Shown here one piece after another: positions 1-13,002 of a stretch of DNA of 50,588 nt. The notes under the pieces were generated by a model. The model was not told the DNA's origin, ran no database searches, and saw only the letters and a list, made by a program, of their open reading frames with translations. The translations under genes and the position numbers were made by a program. Within the stretch, counting starts at the first letter, position 1. Each line of letters starts with the position of its first letter. This DNA comes from Octopus bimaculoides (Eukaryota): NCBI RefSeq assembly GCF_001194135.2, contig NC_069000.1, positions 17,901,449-17,952,036 of the forward strand. The letters are read 5' to 3'.

Positions 1-291
1 AAACTAGGCAGAAGCAATTCAAATCAGTACGACGAGCCGGAAGTAGATTGGCGGCTGGATTGAGAGGCCTGTCTCTCCTTCACAAACTTATGTAAATCAT
101 AGTGAAGTTCATTCACTGATCAGCAAAAATTAGAAATATAATATTTCTAAATCTCTCAGAGAGATTTAAGCAGTAGTGGAGCGACAAAGTTGTAGTATAT
201 TGTCAACTTAATGTGACAATCCCAATAAGGGAATACACTACTGCTGTTTAGCCCTAGGAAGCTGGACCGCTTCCTGTCGGCCTATTCTTTC

Positions 292-500
292 CTACTCTAG
301 GCACGAGGTCCGAAATTTTGGGGGAGGTGGCCAGTCGATTAGACTGACCCCAGTACACAAATGGTACTTAATTTATTGACTCCAAAAGGAGGAAAGGCAA
401 AGTCAACCTTGGCGGACTTTGAACTCAGAACATAAAGACAGACGAAATACCGCTAAGCATTTCACCTGGCATGCTAACGTTTCTGCCAGCTTGTCACCTT
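292..500 (-). mobile_element. Short interspersed repeat, family B (ggcgagctggcagaa...gagttcaaattccgccgaggtcgac)
   Basis: About 200-bp unit. Also at about 10440-10660(+), 15290-15452(+), 18198-18400(+), 23450-23655(+), 24440-24640(-), 25535-26045(-, three copies), 40868-41050(+), 44615-44830(+), 48385-48570(+). Confidence 0.8.
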
Positions 501-934
501 AAAACCATAATAATATTACAACATTTATTGACATAATGAATTATTTAACCACATGAGTGCCAAGGAAGAAATGATCCGATTGTGGGACCTCCAAAACTGT
601 GAAAACTAAGGATTCAATTACATATCAATTACAATTAGAAAACAACGAAAAATTTTAACAGACAAAATAATTAAGTAACTATCAAGATATTTCTATATAT
701 CTCAATATTAATCCAAGCTCGTTTATGTCTAAGAGAATCTTTCGCTATTATAACATACAACAATAATATATATGTGTATATAATTAAGTATCAGGGTCTT
801 GCTTTATCTAGAACTTAATTACTTTGTCTGTTAAAATTTTTTGTTGTCTTTTAATTGTAATTGATATGTAATTGAACAGTTAATGCTTACACTCATAATA
901 CATAGGCATTTGAATTAATTTTTTACAATCCAGC

Positions 935-1200
935 TGTCCTTTCACTTAGAATTTGGTCTATCTTAAAACTCTGGCTCTGATGAAGCTTATATATAAGGGA
1001 ATTGAAGTTGAGGTATTGTCCAGTAAAGGTCGGCTTGCAGTATACAGATGTCCTGCATCCATACTTGGTGCGTGTTATTAATACATCCAGGAATGCCAGT
1101 TGATTGTCTTTTTCCTTTTCCATTGTGAACTGTATGGATGGCTTTATTGAGTTCACATGGTCTAACATATCTGTCGAATGTAAATAATGTACAGAATTCC
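935..1200 (-). mobile_element. Penelope-like element reverse transcriptase fragment
   Basis: LDHVNSIKPSIQFTMEKEKDNQLAFLDVLITRT...TSVYCKPTFTGQYLNFNS is the typical PLE RT C-terminal/thumb motif (FT.E.E....L.FLDV...VYRKPT.T..YL.F.S). Confidence 0.88.
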
Positions 1201-2499
1201 ACATCTCTTTAATATAGAACTGTCTTATGAGTGTGAGCATAACTTTTCATAACAATTACAATTGTTATGTAGTGGAAATTGAATAAATTATTGGATTGTC
1301 AATTGAATCTCTTTATTTAATTCATTGTTTATATATATATATATAAACTATATATATATATATTTANNNNNNNNNNNNNNNNNNNNNNNNNNNNNNNNNN
1401 NNNNNNNNNNNNNNNNNNNNNNNNNNNNNNNNNNNNNNNNNNNNNNNNNNNNNNNNNNNNNNNNNNNNNNNNNNNNNNNNNNNNNNNNNNNNNNNNNNNN
1501 NNNNNNNNNNNNNNNNNNNNNNNNNNNNNNNNNNNNNNATATATATATATATATACTCTCACACACACAGGCGTGCATGCACGTGCACACACATCATCAT
1601 CATCATTGTCATCATTTAACGTCCACCTTCCATGTATGCATGGGTAGGATGGTTAACAGGAGCTGACCAAGTAGAAGACTACCCCAGGCTACAGTGTCTA
1701 TTTTGGCAAGGTTTTTTATGGCTGGATGCCCTTCCTAACACCAACTTCTCTGCTGAGTGAACTGAGTGCTTTTTACATGGTACCAGCACTTGCAGGATAA
1801 CCAAGTAACTTGCAAGACAAGGAATTTTGAGAGGGTAGGGGGAATTGGAGGAGAGGGTCTCGTATCAAATGATGAAAGGTTGGAGTGTGACAGAAAGACA
1901 GATCAGCAGAAACAGGTGTGCTGATGTAAAGGAGATACTTGCTAACCTAGCCGGAGGGAAAAGCGAGAGGAGAGAGAGAGTGATCAAGAATGAGAGCAGA
2001 AACAGGTGTGCTGTTTTAGAGAAGATACATGGCTACCCAACCAGAGGGAAGAGCAAGGGAAAAAAGAGAGAGTGGGAAACAGCAAAAGTGCAAGGGAGAT
2101 CAGGAGAGAGATGGTGCTAAAGTGCCAGGGTATACTCACAAGTAGCAAGGATCAGACAATAGATAGGATGGAAGAGAGAGATAAATGGTGACAATTGTCA
2201 GGGCATGCCCTCAAGATATGGAGGTCATAATGTATGTGGCCAGGTATTGCCAAGAAGGCACGGGAAGGGACTAGGGATTGCAGTGACTGGTGAAAACATG
2301 GGTATAAAAGGTGGGGGGTGAGGGAAAGCAGTAATACAGTGGGGGCAGGGAAGGGGAGTGGGAGACAACCATAGTGTGTGAAGTGAAAATGTGAGGAAGA
2401 GATGTAGTTTGGTTTTTTGGGGTTTGGGTGTGTGAAAAGTTTATAGCTACATGTAGTGGAACAACAATGCTTCTAGCACTCAGTTTCACCGATGTGGGT

Positions 2500-2910
2500 G
2501 GCTCTTCTCTAGAACCTCATATCACCAGGCATCTTGGTCCATTGTCATTTCCTCCGTGAACCCTAACATCCTGAAGTTGGTGCTCGCCACTTCATCTCAT
2601 GTCTTCCTGGGTCTCCCTCTTCCGCAGGTCCTATCCACTTTCAGTGACAGGCACTTCTGTATACATCTGTCTTTACTCATATGAATCACATGTCCAAACC
2701 AATGCATTCTCCTCTCCTGCATGCCACATTTAATTCCTCTTATGCTTAACTTTTCTCTCAACACAGTTGTGCTTTGTTGGTCATGCACACTGATGTTGCA
2801 AATCCAGTGGAGCATAGTACCTTCATTCAGAGCCCATGTCTCACTACCATGGAGTATAGCCGTTCATATACAAGGATCATACAATCTACCTTTCACTTTT
2901 TGAAAGAGAG
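2500..2910 (-). mobile_element. RTE-clade LINE 3' fragment, decayed
   Basis: LHGSETW...LREKLSIRGIKCGMQERRMHWFGHVIHM...GRGRPRKT are RTE ORF C-terminal motifs (LYGSETW, W.GHV.RM, GRPR.TW). Confidence 0.85.
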
Positions 2911-2961
2911 TCTTCTTGTATATGCACAACCAAACATGCACACAAACATAACACATTAAAG

Positions 2962-3001
<40 letters not shown>

Positions 3002-3249
3002 GACATACATGGTGGTGGTGGTTGTCTACTCCTTACACAGAGTTTGACCACCTCCTGCACCTACACTTTAGCCCTTTCATGGCGTCTGATGTGGCTTTTT
3101 TAAACCAGACAATGTTTTGAAAAAAACACCCACACAGATTGCACCTCTGATTTGTACTACCAATACCTGCAGGTAAGTTCTGCTCATTGTGGATCCTAAC
3201 ATGTCTTTTAAGACCCCCCATTGGATTTGCAAGCCCTCTGGCACACACC

Positions 3250-3284
<35 letters not shown>

Positions 3285-3954
3285 TCATTCCATCTCTCAA
3301 TACTAATGGCGTATAAAGAGAAAATTACATATTAATTGTGAGGTAATTTCTAAATTTTGAATAGAACAAAATATCTAACAAACAATTAGTCTCAGAAATG
3401 AGAAGAAATTTGTGTAACATTTCCATTATTTTTCCATTGCTACTGTTTGTTGAATAATTTCCCTTCTAACATGGTTTAATACTGAAAGAAAAGGAAAAAA
3501 ACCTTTCTCTATGCATCTCCTTCTTCATTCTTTTGTGTATGTTTGTTTGAGTGTTTGTTGATATGTTTGTGAATGCATTAGTGTTGATATATTTGTGTTT
3601 GGTCATGCATATGATATGATATGTGTGTGTGTGATTGATTTCACATTGGATCTTCACTGTGATTTTAGTTGTAAACAAACAACAATACAACTGATGACAG
3701 TACAAAGAGCCTCAATATTACTATGAACACCACCAGCAATATCAACAACAACATCAACACCAGTGACAACAACATCATTACCACCACTACCAGCAAAAAC
3801 AATATTAACAACAACAACAACAATAGCAGCAACAGAAGTAGAAACTTCAGTTCCCAATGACTGGGTTAGCAGTATCGGGTTAACTGCTTGTGGCAAAGGA
3901 GACGCCATAGAAAGAAACAACTACTGAAGTGTCAGACTGATGGACAAGTTTATG

Positions 3955-4428
3955 AAAGTATCTCAAAAAGGTCCATTTTAGCATAAAGAAGTACTGAGCT
4001 CTGATTGTGGAGGGTACCTGTGGAAGAGGTAGACCCAGGATGACATGAGTCAAAGTGGTGAGAAACGATCTTCGGACGTTGGGCCTCACTGAAGAAACGG
4101 CAAAGGACCAGAAGATGTAGCAATTTGCTGCACTTGACAAGATGCATCAAACTAAGTAAAATTGCTGTCTTCCACACATACAGGTTTGTCCTTTCAGATG
4201 CCACATAAAAAGCACCTGTGCTGATGCCGTGTGAATGCACCAATGCTCGTAGCATGTAATAAGCACCCAGCACACTCTGTTAAGTGGTTGGCATTAGGGA
4301 GGGTATCCAACCATAGAAACCATGCCAAAACAGACAATTGGAGAATGGACAGTTCTCAGCTGGTAAGCTCCATGTCAAACCACCCAACTCATGCCAGCGT
4401 GGAAAGCGGATGTTAAATGATGATGATA
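3955..4428 (+). mobile_element. RTE-clade LINE 3' end with (GAT)n tail
   Basis: GTCGRGRPR-like codons, then the conserved tail ...gcggatgttaaatgatgatgat. Confidence 0.8.
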
Positions 4429-5144
4429 AAATCTCTACTGCCTGTCAGCCAGAGAATCTAACAAAGACAGCTAAAATTCACAGACTACTATTTAATTTCC
4501 ATTTTAATTTATCCTCCAAAATTTGTACCAGCTTAATAATAACGAAGTTATTTTCCAAGACTCTTCATTATATATATAACGAGTGCATGTGTTTATATAT
4601 GCATATAACCACATGCATATATATATATATATNNNNNNNNNNATGATGATGATATATATATATATATAACCAACTGAAATAGTAACCGAATCACTAAAAA
4701 TGTTTTGCTCTGTAGCTTTTAAAATATATTCAATCATGTGGAATGCCCTTGATTGTAAAGTTCATGTATTCAGCTGAAGAAAACGGTTTCTTTATAATGA
4801 TATAAAATACTTAGGATTCATGAGAAATGGCCATCATGAATTGACACCTGTCCTTCAATTGTTAATTTATATTTTATTCACCTATCTTGAAACATGCTCT
4901 TCCCAAATTCTGAAGTATATTATGGAATGTAAATTTAATAAAATCTACATGTCTGAATAGCTCAAGAATGGATTATATACTCAGTTGGGTCAAATTGTCT
5001 GCACGTACTACATGAATATCATTCTGCCGGTACTTCTGTACCAAAGTTGATATTTACATAATATTGTGTGTGTATATTTTTCCGACCTAATGAGGTGCCT
5101 CAACTTAAGTACCTAATCCAACTGAATCTTACTTATATATACCC

Positions 5145-5343
5145 TTTTACTCTTTTACTTGTTTCAGTCATTTGATTGTGGCCATGCTGGAGCACCTTTT
5201 AGTCGAGAAAATTGACCCCAGGACTTATTCTTTGTAAGCCTAGTACTTATTCTATCGGTCTCTTTTTGCCAAACCGCTAAGTTACGGGGACGTAAACACA
5301 CCAGCATCAGTTGTCAAGCGATGGTGGGGGGACAAACACACAT

Positions 5344-5398
<55 letters not shown>

Positions 5399-5578
5399 CA
5401 CACACACACATATACGACGGGCTTCTTTCAGTTTCCATCTACCAAATCCACTCACAAGGCTTTGGTCGGCCCGAGGCTATAGTAGAAGACACTTGCCCAA
5501 GGTGCCATGCAGTGGGACTGAACCCGGAACCATGTGGTTGGTAAGCAAGCTACTTACCACACAGCCACTCCTGCGCCT
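5145..5578 (-). mobile_element. Full-length tRNA-derived SINE, family A (CORE-like, central TA/CA microsatellite)
   Basis: Head with degenerate A/B boxes (tggctgtgtgg...ggttcagtcc), ggcaccttgggcaagtgtctt CORE-like segment, and 3' end ...gactgaaacaagtaaaagagtaaaag. Many copies in the window. Confidence 0.85.
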
Positions 5579-5582
5579 CCTG

Positions 5583-5620
<38 letters not shown>

Positions 5621-6617
5621 CAAATAATTAACGTAACATTTTAAAATTTTATTTAAAAGCTACTTGTTGGAATTCAACGAAATTTTCACAGAATGATGGC
5701 AACAGTTATATGCATGTCATGTGTAAAAACGTGAGGTTCCATAACACAACATAGAAAGTATGACCATGTCCCCAAATTTACATAAACTTTCACTGTTTCA
5801 ACTTATTAGCGAGGTGTAATTAAAACTCATGTAAACAAGAAAATACCAATTGAATTGTTTGATGTACATACTGAAATAAACGCATACAGTCATAAAAATG
5901 GAAGTAATAGAAATAAACAAATAAACAACATACAAAAATGATAGGTGAGTTGGTTAGTAAGGGATATGTGAGTGTTTGTTTGAAATAAGTTGGAAAAGGC
6001 GTTGGTCTATGGAACATGTTAATTTCTGAATCTCCTGATGTTATACCACAGGATACATCCATTATTGCCTGCTACAGTTCATTCTTGCTCCTAAATATTA
6101 CATTGCTTGGAATCACATAAAAGTTGGTGACACGATGGCATCCAGCTGTAGATAATCTATCTCAACAAACTCCATTTGAACTTTGTAAGCATGAAAAAGT
6201 GGACATTAAGATAATGATGATGATAATTAGGTTGGACACTTCATTATGCAACGATGACTAAGTTGTTTTCTCAAAACATTTTAGTGTATATATTTGTCGT
6301 CAATGAGGTTGTTTAAGCTCTCGTCATATTTCACATTTCACAGTTTATATTGTAATTGATAACAATTACGTGAAAAAGGCTGAAATATTAATTATACTAA
6401 CACAAATTCCTGACGTTCACACAACTGCAAACGTTGCCTATTTGATAGTACATACCTATAAATAACCATGACTCATCACACACACACACACACACACGTA
6501 CATACTCATGCATACTCCAAAACATATACAGAAATATATACACACAAGCAGACACAAACACACACACATAGACATGTAGATGTAATTACACGTAATTACC
6601 CGTGCATGCACAATAAC

Positions 6618-7012
6618 ACGTGGCTGTGTGGTAAGAAGCTTTTTTCCCAAACACATGGTTCTGTGTTCAGTCCTACTGCATGACACCTTAGGCAAGTGTC
6701 TTCTCTATCGCCTTGGGCCGATGAAAACCTTGTCAGTGGATTTGGTAGACAAAACTGAAAGAAGCTCTTATATGTGTGTGTGTGCGTGTGCTCACACGTG
6801 TGTTTTGTGTCTGTGTTTGTTCCCCCATCACCGCTTGATAAACCACTGTTGTTGTGTTTATGTCCCTGTAACTTAGTAGTTCAGCAAAATAGACCAATAG
6901 AATAAGTGCTAGGCTTAAAAAAAGTCCTGGGGTTGATTTGTTCGGCTACAACCCTTCAAGGTGGTGCTCCAGCAGGGCCACAGTCAAATGACAGAAACAA
7001 GTAAAAGAATAA
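6618..7012 (+). mobile_element. SINE family A copy
   Basis: Collinear with 5145-5578 in the opposite orientation. Further partial copies at about 7245-7370(+), 7815-7980(-), 10120-10275(-), 27690-27930(+), 29518-29670(+), 32165-32300(+), 34760-34870(-), 35600-35800(+), 46370-46440(-), 50260-50400(-). Confidence 0.8.
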
Positions 7013-7519
7013 AGACATAAACGCATATGTATGCACAAACACACACATGCAAGCATACACACATACATGTGCACATACAAACACACATTTACATACACAC
7101 ACGCACACACACTCATCCTAGCTCTTGTGGACATTTAGAAATGTGTGATGGTCCCACTTAACAAGTGGAAAGATTCTGTATCAACACTTCTGCTGTAATT
7201 CTTTGATTTGTTAGAAATAGCAACTGAATGTTCCTCGATAGGCACAGGTGTAGCTGTGTTGTAAGAAGCTTGCTTCCCAACCACATGGTTCTAGGTTCAG
7301 TTCCACTGCATGGCACTGTGGGTAAGTGTCTTCTACTATAGCCTTGGGCTGGCCAAAGCCTTGATAGTGAATATTTTGACAAATAAATTTAAATGTGGTG
7401 AATCTAATGGTTTTTGTGTGTTTTTAAATGGCTTATAAACACTTTCCACGCGGCAATTGTTTTTGTTTCAGCACATGACCTCAGATCAAGTCACTTTCTA
7501 TGCAAGTACATCTCTGTAA

Positions 7520-7552
<33 letters not shown>

Positions 7553-7980
7553 TATAGTGAGAATTTACAAAAAAACAAAAGACGAAGACAGGTGGTGTAG
7601 AAAACAAACAGATGTATTAGTATAACGCTCGGGAATTGGAAAAGTCTTTAACGTTTTGAGCCTATGCTCTTCCACAGAAAGGAACACAGAAAGAAACAAG
7701 GAGAGAAAAAAAAGTATGTAGTTACTAGCAATCCATTATGGCGAATATATATATATATATATATATATACACAAGTAGAGATACCCTGCCTTGCTAGGGA
7801 TTAAAATGGCATAGTGTCTTTACTTGTTTCAGCCATGTGACTATGGCCATATTGGAGCACTGCCATTGGTTGAACAAATTGACCACAGGATTTATTCTTT
7901 GTAACCCTAGTACTCATTCTATCAGTGTCTTTTACTGAACTGCCAAGTTATGAGAAAGTAAACACAGCAACATCGGTTGT

Positions 7981-9050
7981 CAACCAGTTTTCCCTCAACA
8001 AAAAGATTGTGTGTGAGTGTGTGTCTATGTTTGAAGAAGGGGCTATAAAGCAGCCTTGATATAGTAACCAAATCTCCCTCAAAATTTTTATAGTAAACCC
8101 AATAGTTGAAATAAATTTAAATATTGTAATTATCTCTTTAAAGTTGTTACTTCTTTGATTGTCCAGTAGGTAAGTGTACTTAGAAGTAGTAACTGAACAC
8201 ACCAGTAGAGTTTCGGGTCTCTGCCAGGAATTACATGGGGTCTCATTAAATATTTTCATTTAAGCAATCAAATTACCCTGAACAAAAAGATTGTGTGTGA
8301 AGAAGTGGCCGCAAGGTAGCCTTCACAGAGTAATCAAATTGCCGTCATATCTTTATGGTAATTCCATTAATTGAAATAAATTTAGATATCTTGATTTTAT
8401 TAAAATTATTGATGATTTGGTAGCTCAGTAGGTATGGGTGTTGCAAAGTGGTAATATAACAAGTGGAGGTTTCAAATCTCTTCCAGGAATTACAAAGGTT
8501 CTTATTAAATAGCATTTTTATTTACACAACCAAATTTCTCTCAGCAAAAAGATTGTCTGTGTGAAGAAGGGGCCACAAAGCAGCTTTGACATAGTAACCA
8601 AATCTCCTCCAAATCTTTATAGTAAACCCAATAATTGAAATAAATTTAAATATCTTCATTTTCACAGTAGAATTGTTGTTGCTTTGGTAGCCTAACAGGT
8701 CAGGATGTTTAGAAGTGGAGGTTTCAAATCTCTGCTAGAAATGATAAAAGACATTATTAAATACTTTTATTTAAGCAACCAAATTTCACTCACCAAAAAT
8801 ATTAAGTGTGTGTGTATGTGCAAAGAAGGGGCCACAAGACAGCCTTCACATAATAACCAGATCTCCCTCATATATTTATAGTAAATACGATATTTGAAGT
8901 AAATTTAAGTATATTAATTTTCTCATAAAAATTGTTGCTGCTTTGGTGGCCCAGTAGGTAAGGGTGTTTAAAAGTAGTAACAACACACAAGCAGAGGTTT
9001 CTAATTTCTGCTAGGAATTACAGGGGGGTCTTATTAAACAGTTTCATTTT
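7981..9050. repeat. Diverged tandem repeat, 4 units of about 250-285 bp
   Basis: Units start at about 7981, 8265, 8527 and 8776 (caaccaaatt...caaaaagattgt...gaagaagggg...). Confidence 0.85.
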
Positions 9051-9327
9051 TTATGTCTAGAGATGAAAAAAAAAAAAAAAACTTTTAGTAAGACCCCCCT
9101 AGTGTAGGCACTGGGAAGGATTGAACCCTGCCCAGAATGTTCGATGTCTAATTATCTCTCTACCCACAAGACCACCAAGACACCAACATTAATGGAGTAA
9201 ATTAAGCGATATTTAAATCTATCATAACTAAAGATACAAAAAGAAAAGCTGTAGCTCTGATTAGTAAGTAGGGATTTAAATATATGTATATATATAAATA
9301 AATAAATATATACATATATAAATAAAT

Positions 9328-9427
9328 NNNNNNNNNNNNNNNNNNNNNNNNNNNNNNNNNNNNNNNNNNNNNNNNNNNNNNNNNNNNNNNNNNNNNNNNN
9401 NNNNNNNNNNNNNNNNNNNNNNNNNNN
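9328..9427. other. Assembly gap (100 N) truncating HMBS exon 2
   Basis: Other gaps: 1367-1538, 4633-4642, 9812-10117, 11610-12196, 35902-36090, 37406-37674, 40097-40150, 41305-41733, 43247-43980, 45194-45203. Confidence 0.98.
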
Positions 9428-9477
9428 CATTTCCCCTTCAGAGCATCAATCACAGTCTGTGTTTGGATGAGAGCAAG
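9428..9477 (-). CDS. HMBS: HMBS coding exon 2 (3' part lost in the 9328-9427 gap)
   Basis: Pyrimidine-rich acceptor (tattattgtttgttgttgcag) then LALIQTQTVIDALKGK in phase 0. This continues KSQ|LA.IQT as in human LARIQTDSVVATLK. Intron 1 spans 9478-17265. Confidence 0.92.
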
Positions 9478-10394
9478 CTGCAACAACAAACAATAATATC
9501 ACAGCAATAAATAAAATGACTGAGTAGGATGGGGAGGGGAAGAGCCAGAGACAAAGACACAACTACAAGAAGTACTCCCCCCCACTTCATAACTCAACTT
9601 TCCAGCCTATGAATGTTAAGGTACAAAAACAGTAGCTTTCCCACTACAGACATGCACACAGACAGACAGACACACACACACACTCCATCTCATACTTGCA
9701 CAAAGACACATCATATTTGTTTCTGGCTCTCTATATTGCAAGTTCGAATCTTGCTGAGGTGAACTTCACCCCCTCTCATCCTTCCAGGGTCGATAAAATG
9801 AATAACTAATANNNNNNNNNNNNNNNNNNNNNNNNNNNNNNNNNNNNNNNNNNNNNNNNNNNNNNNNNNNNNNNNNNNNNNNNNNNNNNNNNNNNNNNNN
9901 NNNNNNNNNNNNNNNNNNNNNNNNNNNNNNNNNNNNNNNNNNNNNNNNNNNNNNNNNNNNNNNNNNNNNNNNNNNNNNNNNNNNNNNNNNNNNNNNNNNN
10001 NNNNNNNNNNNNNNNNNNNNNNNNNNNNNNNNNNNNNNNNNNNNNNNNNNNNNNNNNNNNNNNNNNNNNNNNNNNNNNNNNNNNNNNNNNNNNNNNNNNN
10101 NNNNNNNNNNNNNNNNNATATATGACGAGCTTCTTCCAGTTTCCGTCTACCAAATCCACTCTCAAGGCTTTGGTTGGCCTGTGGCTATAGTAAAAGACAC
10201 TTGCCCAAGGTGCCATGCAGTGGGACTGAACCCGGAACCATGTGGTTCATAAGCAAGCTACTTACCACACAGCCACTCCTACGCCTATAGTATATTACTG
10301 AGGTCAATAAAACAAAGTACTAGTTAAGTACAGAGGTTGATCTAATCAACTGTTCCCGCCTACCAAATTCCTGGTTCTGTGCTTATTATAAGAA

Positions 10395-10426
<32 letters not shown>

Positions 10427-11557
10427 CATTATCATTTTAAGGCAGTAAGCTGGCAGAATCATTAGCATGCTGGGCAAAATGCTTAGCGGCATTTTGTCCA
10501 TCTTTATGTTCTGAGTTCAAATGCCACCGAAGCTGACTTTGGCTTTCATCCTTTCAGGGTCAATAAATTAAGCACCAGTGAAACACTGGGGTTGATGTAA
10601 TCGACTAGTTCCCTCCCCCAAAATTTCAGGCTCTTGTGCCTATAGAAGAAATTATTATTATTATTATCATTATTATTAATAGTAGTTGTAGTAGAGTATA
10701 TCTGTGGGGGAGGCACTCAAATTAAGTCCTTTGTGATATTTGTTCTGTACATAGCTACAGACACTCCCTTGTTACTCTCACTGCAGTAAACCAGTGAATA
10801 CCCTGTTTGTTGCAAATCTGTAATCAATGATGCCATCACTCAATAATTGCCACACATACACACACATAGATAGACAGATAAATGAACAATGACTGGCAGC
10901 CAAACCACTTCACAAAACCTAACCAGCCAACCAGCCAGTTAAAAAAATCATACAACTAACAGGTAAGAGTTATTGTTGCAAACAATAAACAATATTGTAA
11001 ACATATAACACAACTATGTATGGCAATTACCAGTAAAAAGCGCTAACATGACTAGCAGACAGTGAACTGTTTGTAGGCCACCTTTAATGGACAGCAGGTG
11101 GTGAGGTGGAGTGGAGGCTTACAGATGAAGACTAAACAGCAGTGGCTCAGATGTCTAGTGCTCTAGACATGTCTGTCAACTGTATAGAAAAATGTCAGAA
11201 GTTTGGTCACCAATTAAACAAGAGACTACATACAAACATATTTAATCCACATTCACCTATATACCCAATTAGAGTGTTATATCCAGGGTGTGGTAAGGGT
11301 ATTATCACGTGCTGCATTCATATGTGGGACCTACACACATATCAAGAGATAATTATTTAACTGAAGTATTTACTACATAATTAATAATACAGACTTATTA
11401 ATAAGCAGCTTTCTCTATTATGGTACAGATATTTGCCATATTAATAATTTATTTACCATATATTAATTTAATATGACTTCATTTATAAGTTACTAAACTA
11501 TTAATTAGAGGGTTCCTAATTAATTGATTGTACAAATTTCATCACCAATAAAAGCAG

Positions 11558-11562
<5 letters not shown>

Positions 11563-11609
<47 letters not shown>
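11563..11609. repeat. (GA)n microsatellite abutting a gap; representative of numerous (TA)n, (CA)n, (CAT)n, (AAT)n, (CAC)n and (TACA)n tracts
   Basis: Read directly. Most N-gaps are bordered by such tracts. Confidence 0.95.
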
Positions 11610-13002
11610 NNNNNNNNNNNNNNNNNNNNNNNNNNNNNNNNNNNNNNNNNNNNNNNNNNNNNNNNNNNNNNNNNNNNNNNNNNNNNNNNNNNNNNNNNNN
11701 NNNNNNNNNNNNNNNNNNNNNNNNNNNNNNNNNNNNNNNNNNNNNNNNNNNNNNNNNNNNNNNNNNNNNNNNNNNNNNNNNNNNNNNNNNNNNNNNNNNN
11801 NNNNNNNNNNNNNNNNNNNNNNNNNNNNNNNNNNNNNNNNNNNNNNNNNNNNNNNNNNNNNNNNNNNNNNNNNNNNNNNNNNNNNNNNNNNNNNNNNNNN
11901 NNNNNNNNNNNNNNNNNNNNNNNNNNNNNNNNNNNNNNNNNNNNNNNNNNNNNNNNNNNNNNNNNNNNNNNNNNNNNNNNNNNNNNNNNNNNNNNNNNNN
12001 NNNNNNNNNNNNNNNNNNNNNNNNNNNNNNNNNNNNNNNNNNNNNNNNNNNNNNNNNNNNNNNNNNNNNNNNNNNNNNNNNNNNNNNNNNNNNNNNNNNN
12101 NNNNNNNNNNNNNNNNNNNNNNNNNNNNNNNNNNNNNNNNNNNNNNNNNNNNNNNNNNNNNNNNNNNNNNNNNNNNNNNNNNNNNNNNNNNNNNNNAAAA
12201 AAAAAAAAAAAAAAAAAAGTACAAGGCCTGCTCCTGTTATTGATGCAACTGAACAGCTGCTACAATTGGCACATCATAGGACACATATCAGAGTCATATC
12301 ATAGCTAACAGGGCCCCGGAGGATCCATATCTTTCACCCTGAAAGCTAGTAACAGAGGTGGAATTTTAAATTCAAAATGCAAAAAGTCAGGATAAATACC
12401 ATAAGGCACACTTGCTTGATGTCCTAAGAATTCCTTCAATCCACTGTCCCGAACAGCTTTTCAGAGATATTTTCCTTCAGCTACATTGTATCTTATTTAG
12501 GAATATATTATCCAATAGGATCCTCTTTTTTTCATGACAGTAGGGTATGATTTCATGGAGATTTGATTGCTGGCTATCTCTAGCAGGCAGTGTGAACACA
12601 TAGAGGTCTTGTTTGAACTTGTTCTCTTCTTTATTTACAGTGAAGGTGGCAGCGGTAGTAGTGTTCTTTGCATTTAGCAAATAAAGTGAAAGTTCAGCAG
12701 GCTTGTTGAAATTAGACAAGAGTATTTAACTCCTACTTTTCCCATTGCCACACAAACACATTTCAGAACAGAATCCGTAAACCTTGTCTGCTGTCATTTG
12801 AATAGATAGATAGTGTGACACTGACATTTATTTATAAAACGGTTCACATTCATTCTATTATAGGGATCAGCATACTGAAAATTAACCACTGAGTTAAATA
12901 TAATCTCTCTCTCTTTCTCACACACAGAGCATATACAAGATATATACACACATATATAATAAACATATACATACAAATATATACCTAGACACACACATAT
13001 AT

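Noticed and set aside
3654-3920. Hydrophobic 88-aa ORF (VVVVV-rich); similar poly-T/H/V ORFs near 29016 and 43991-44212
   Set aside because: Translation of degenerate (ACA)n/(CAC)n microsatellites.
7981-9050. Regularly spaced repeats as a CRISPR-like array
   Set aside because: Whole units are homologous with no unique spacers, the context is eukaryotic, and there are no cas genes.
11520-12304. Long ORF-track entries of 100-330 aa (also at 1325, 9806, 35813, 37297, 41177, 43198)
   Set aside because: They are open only because they run through Ns and dinucleotide repeats.
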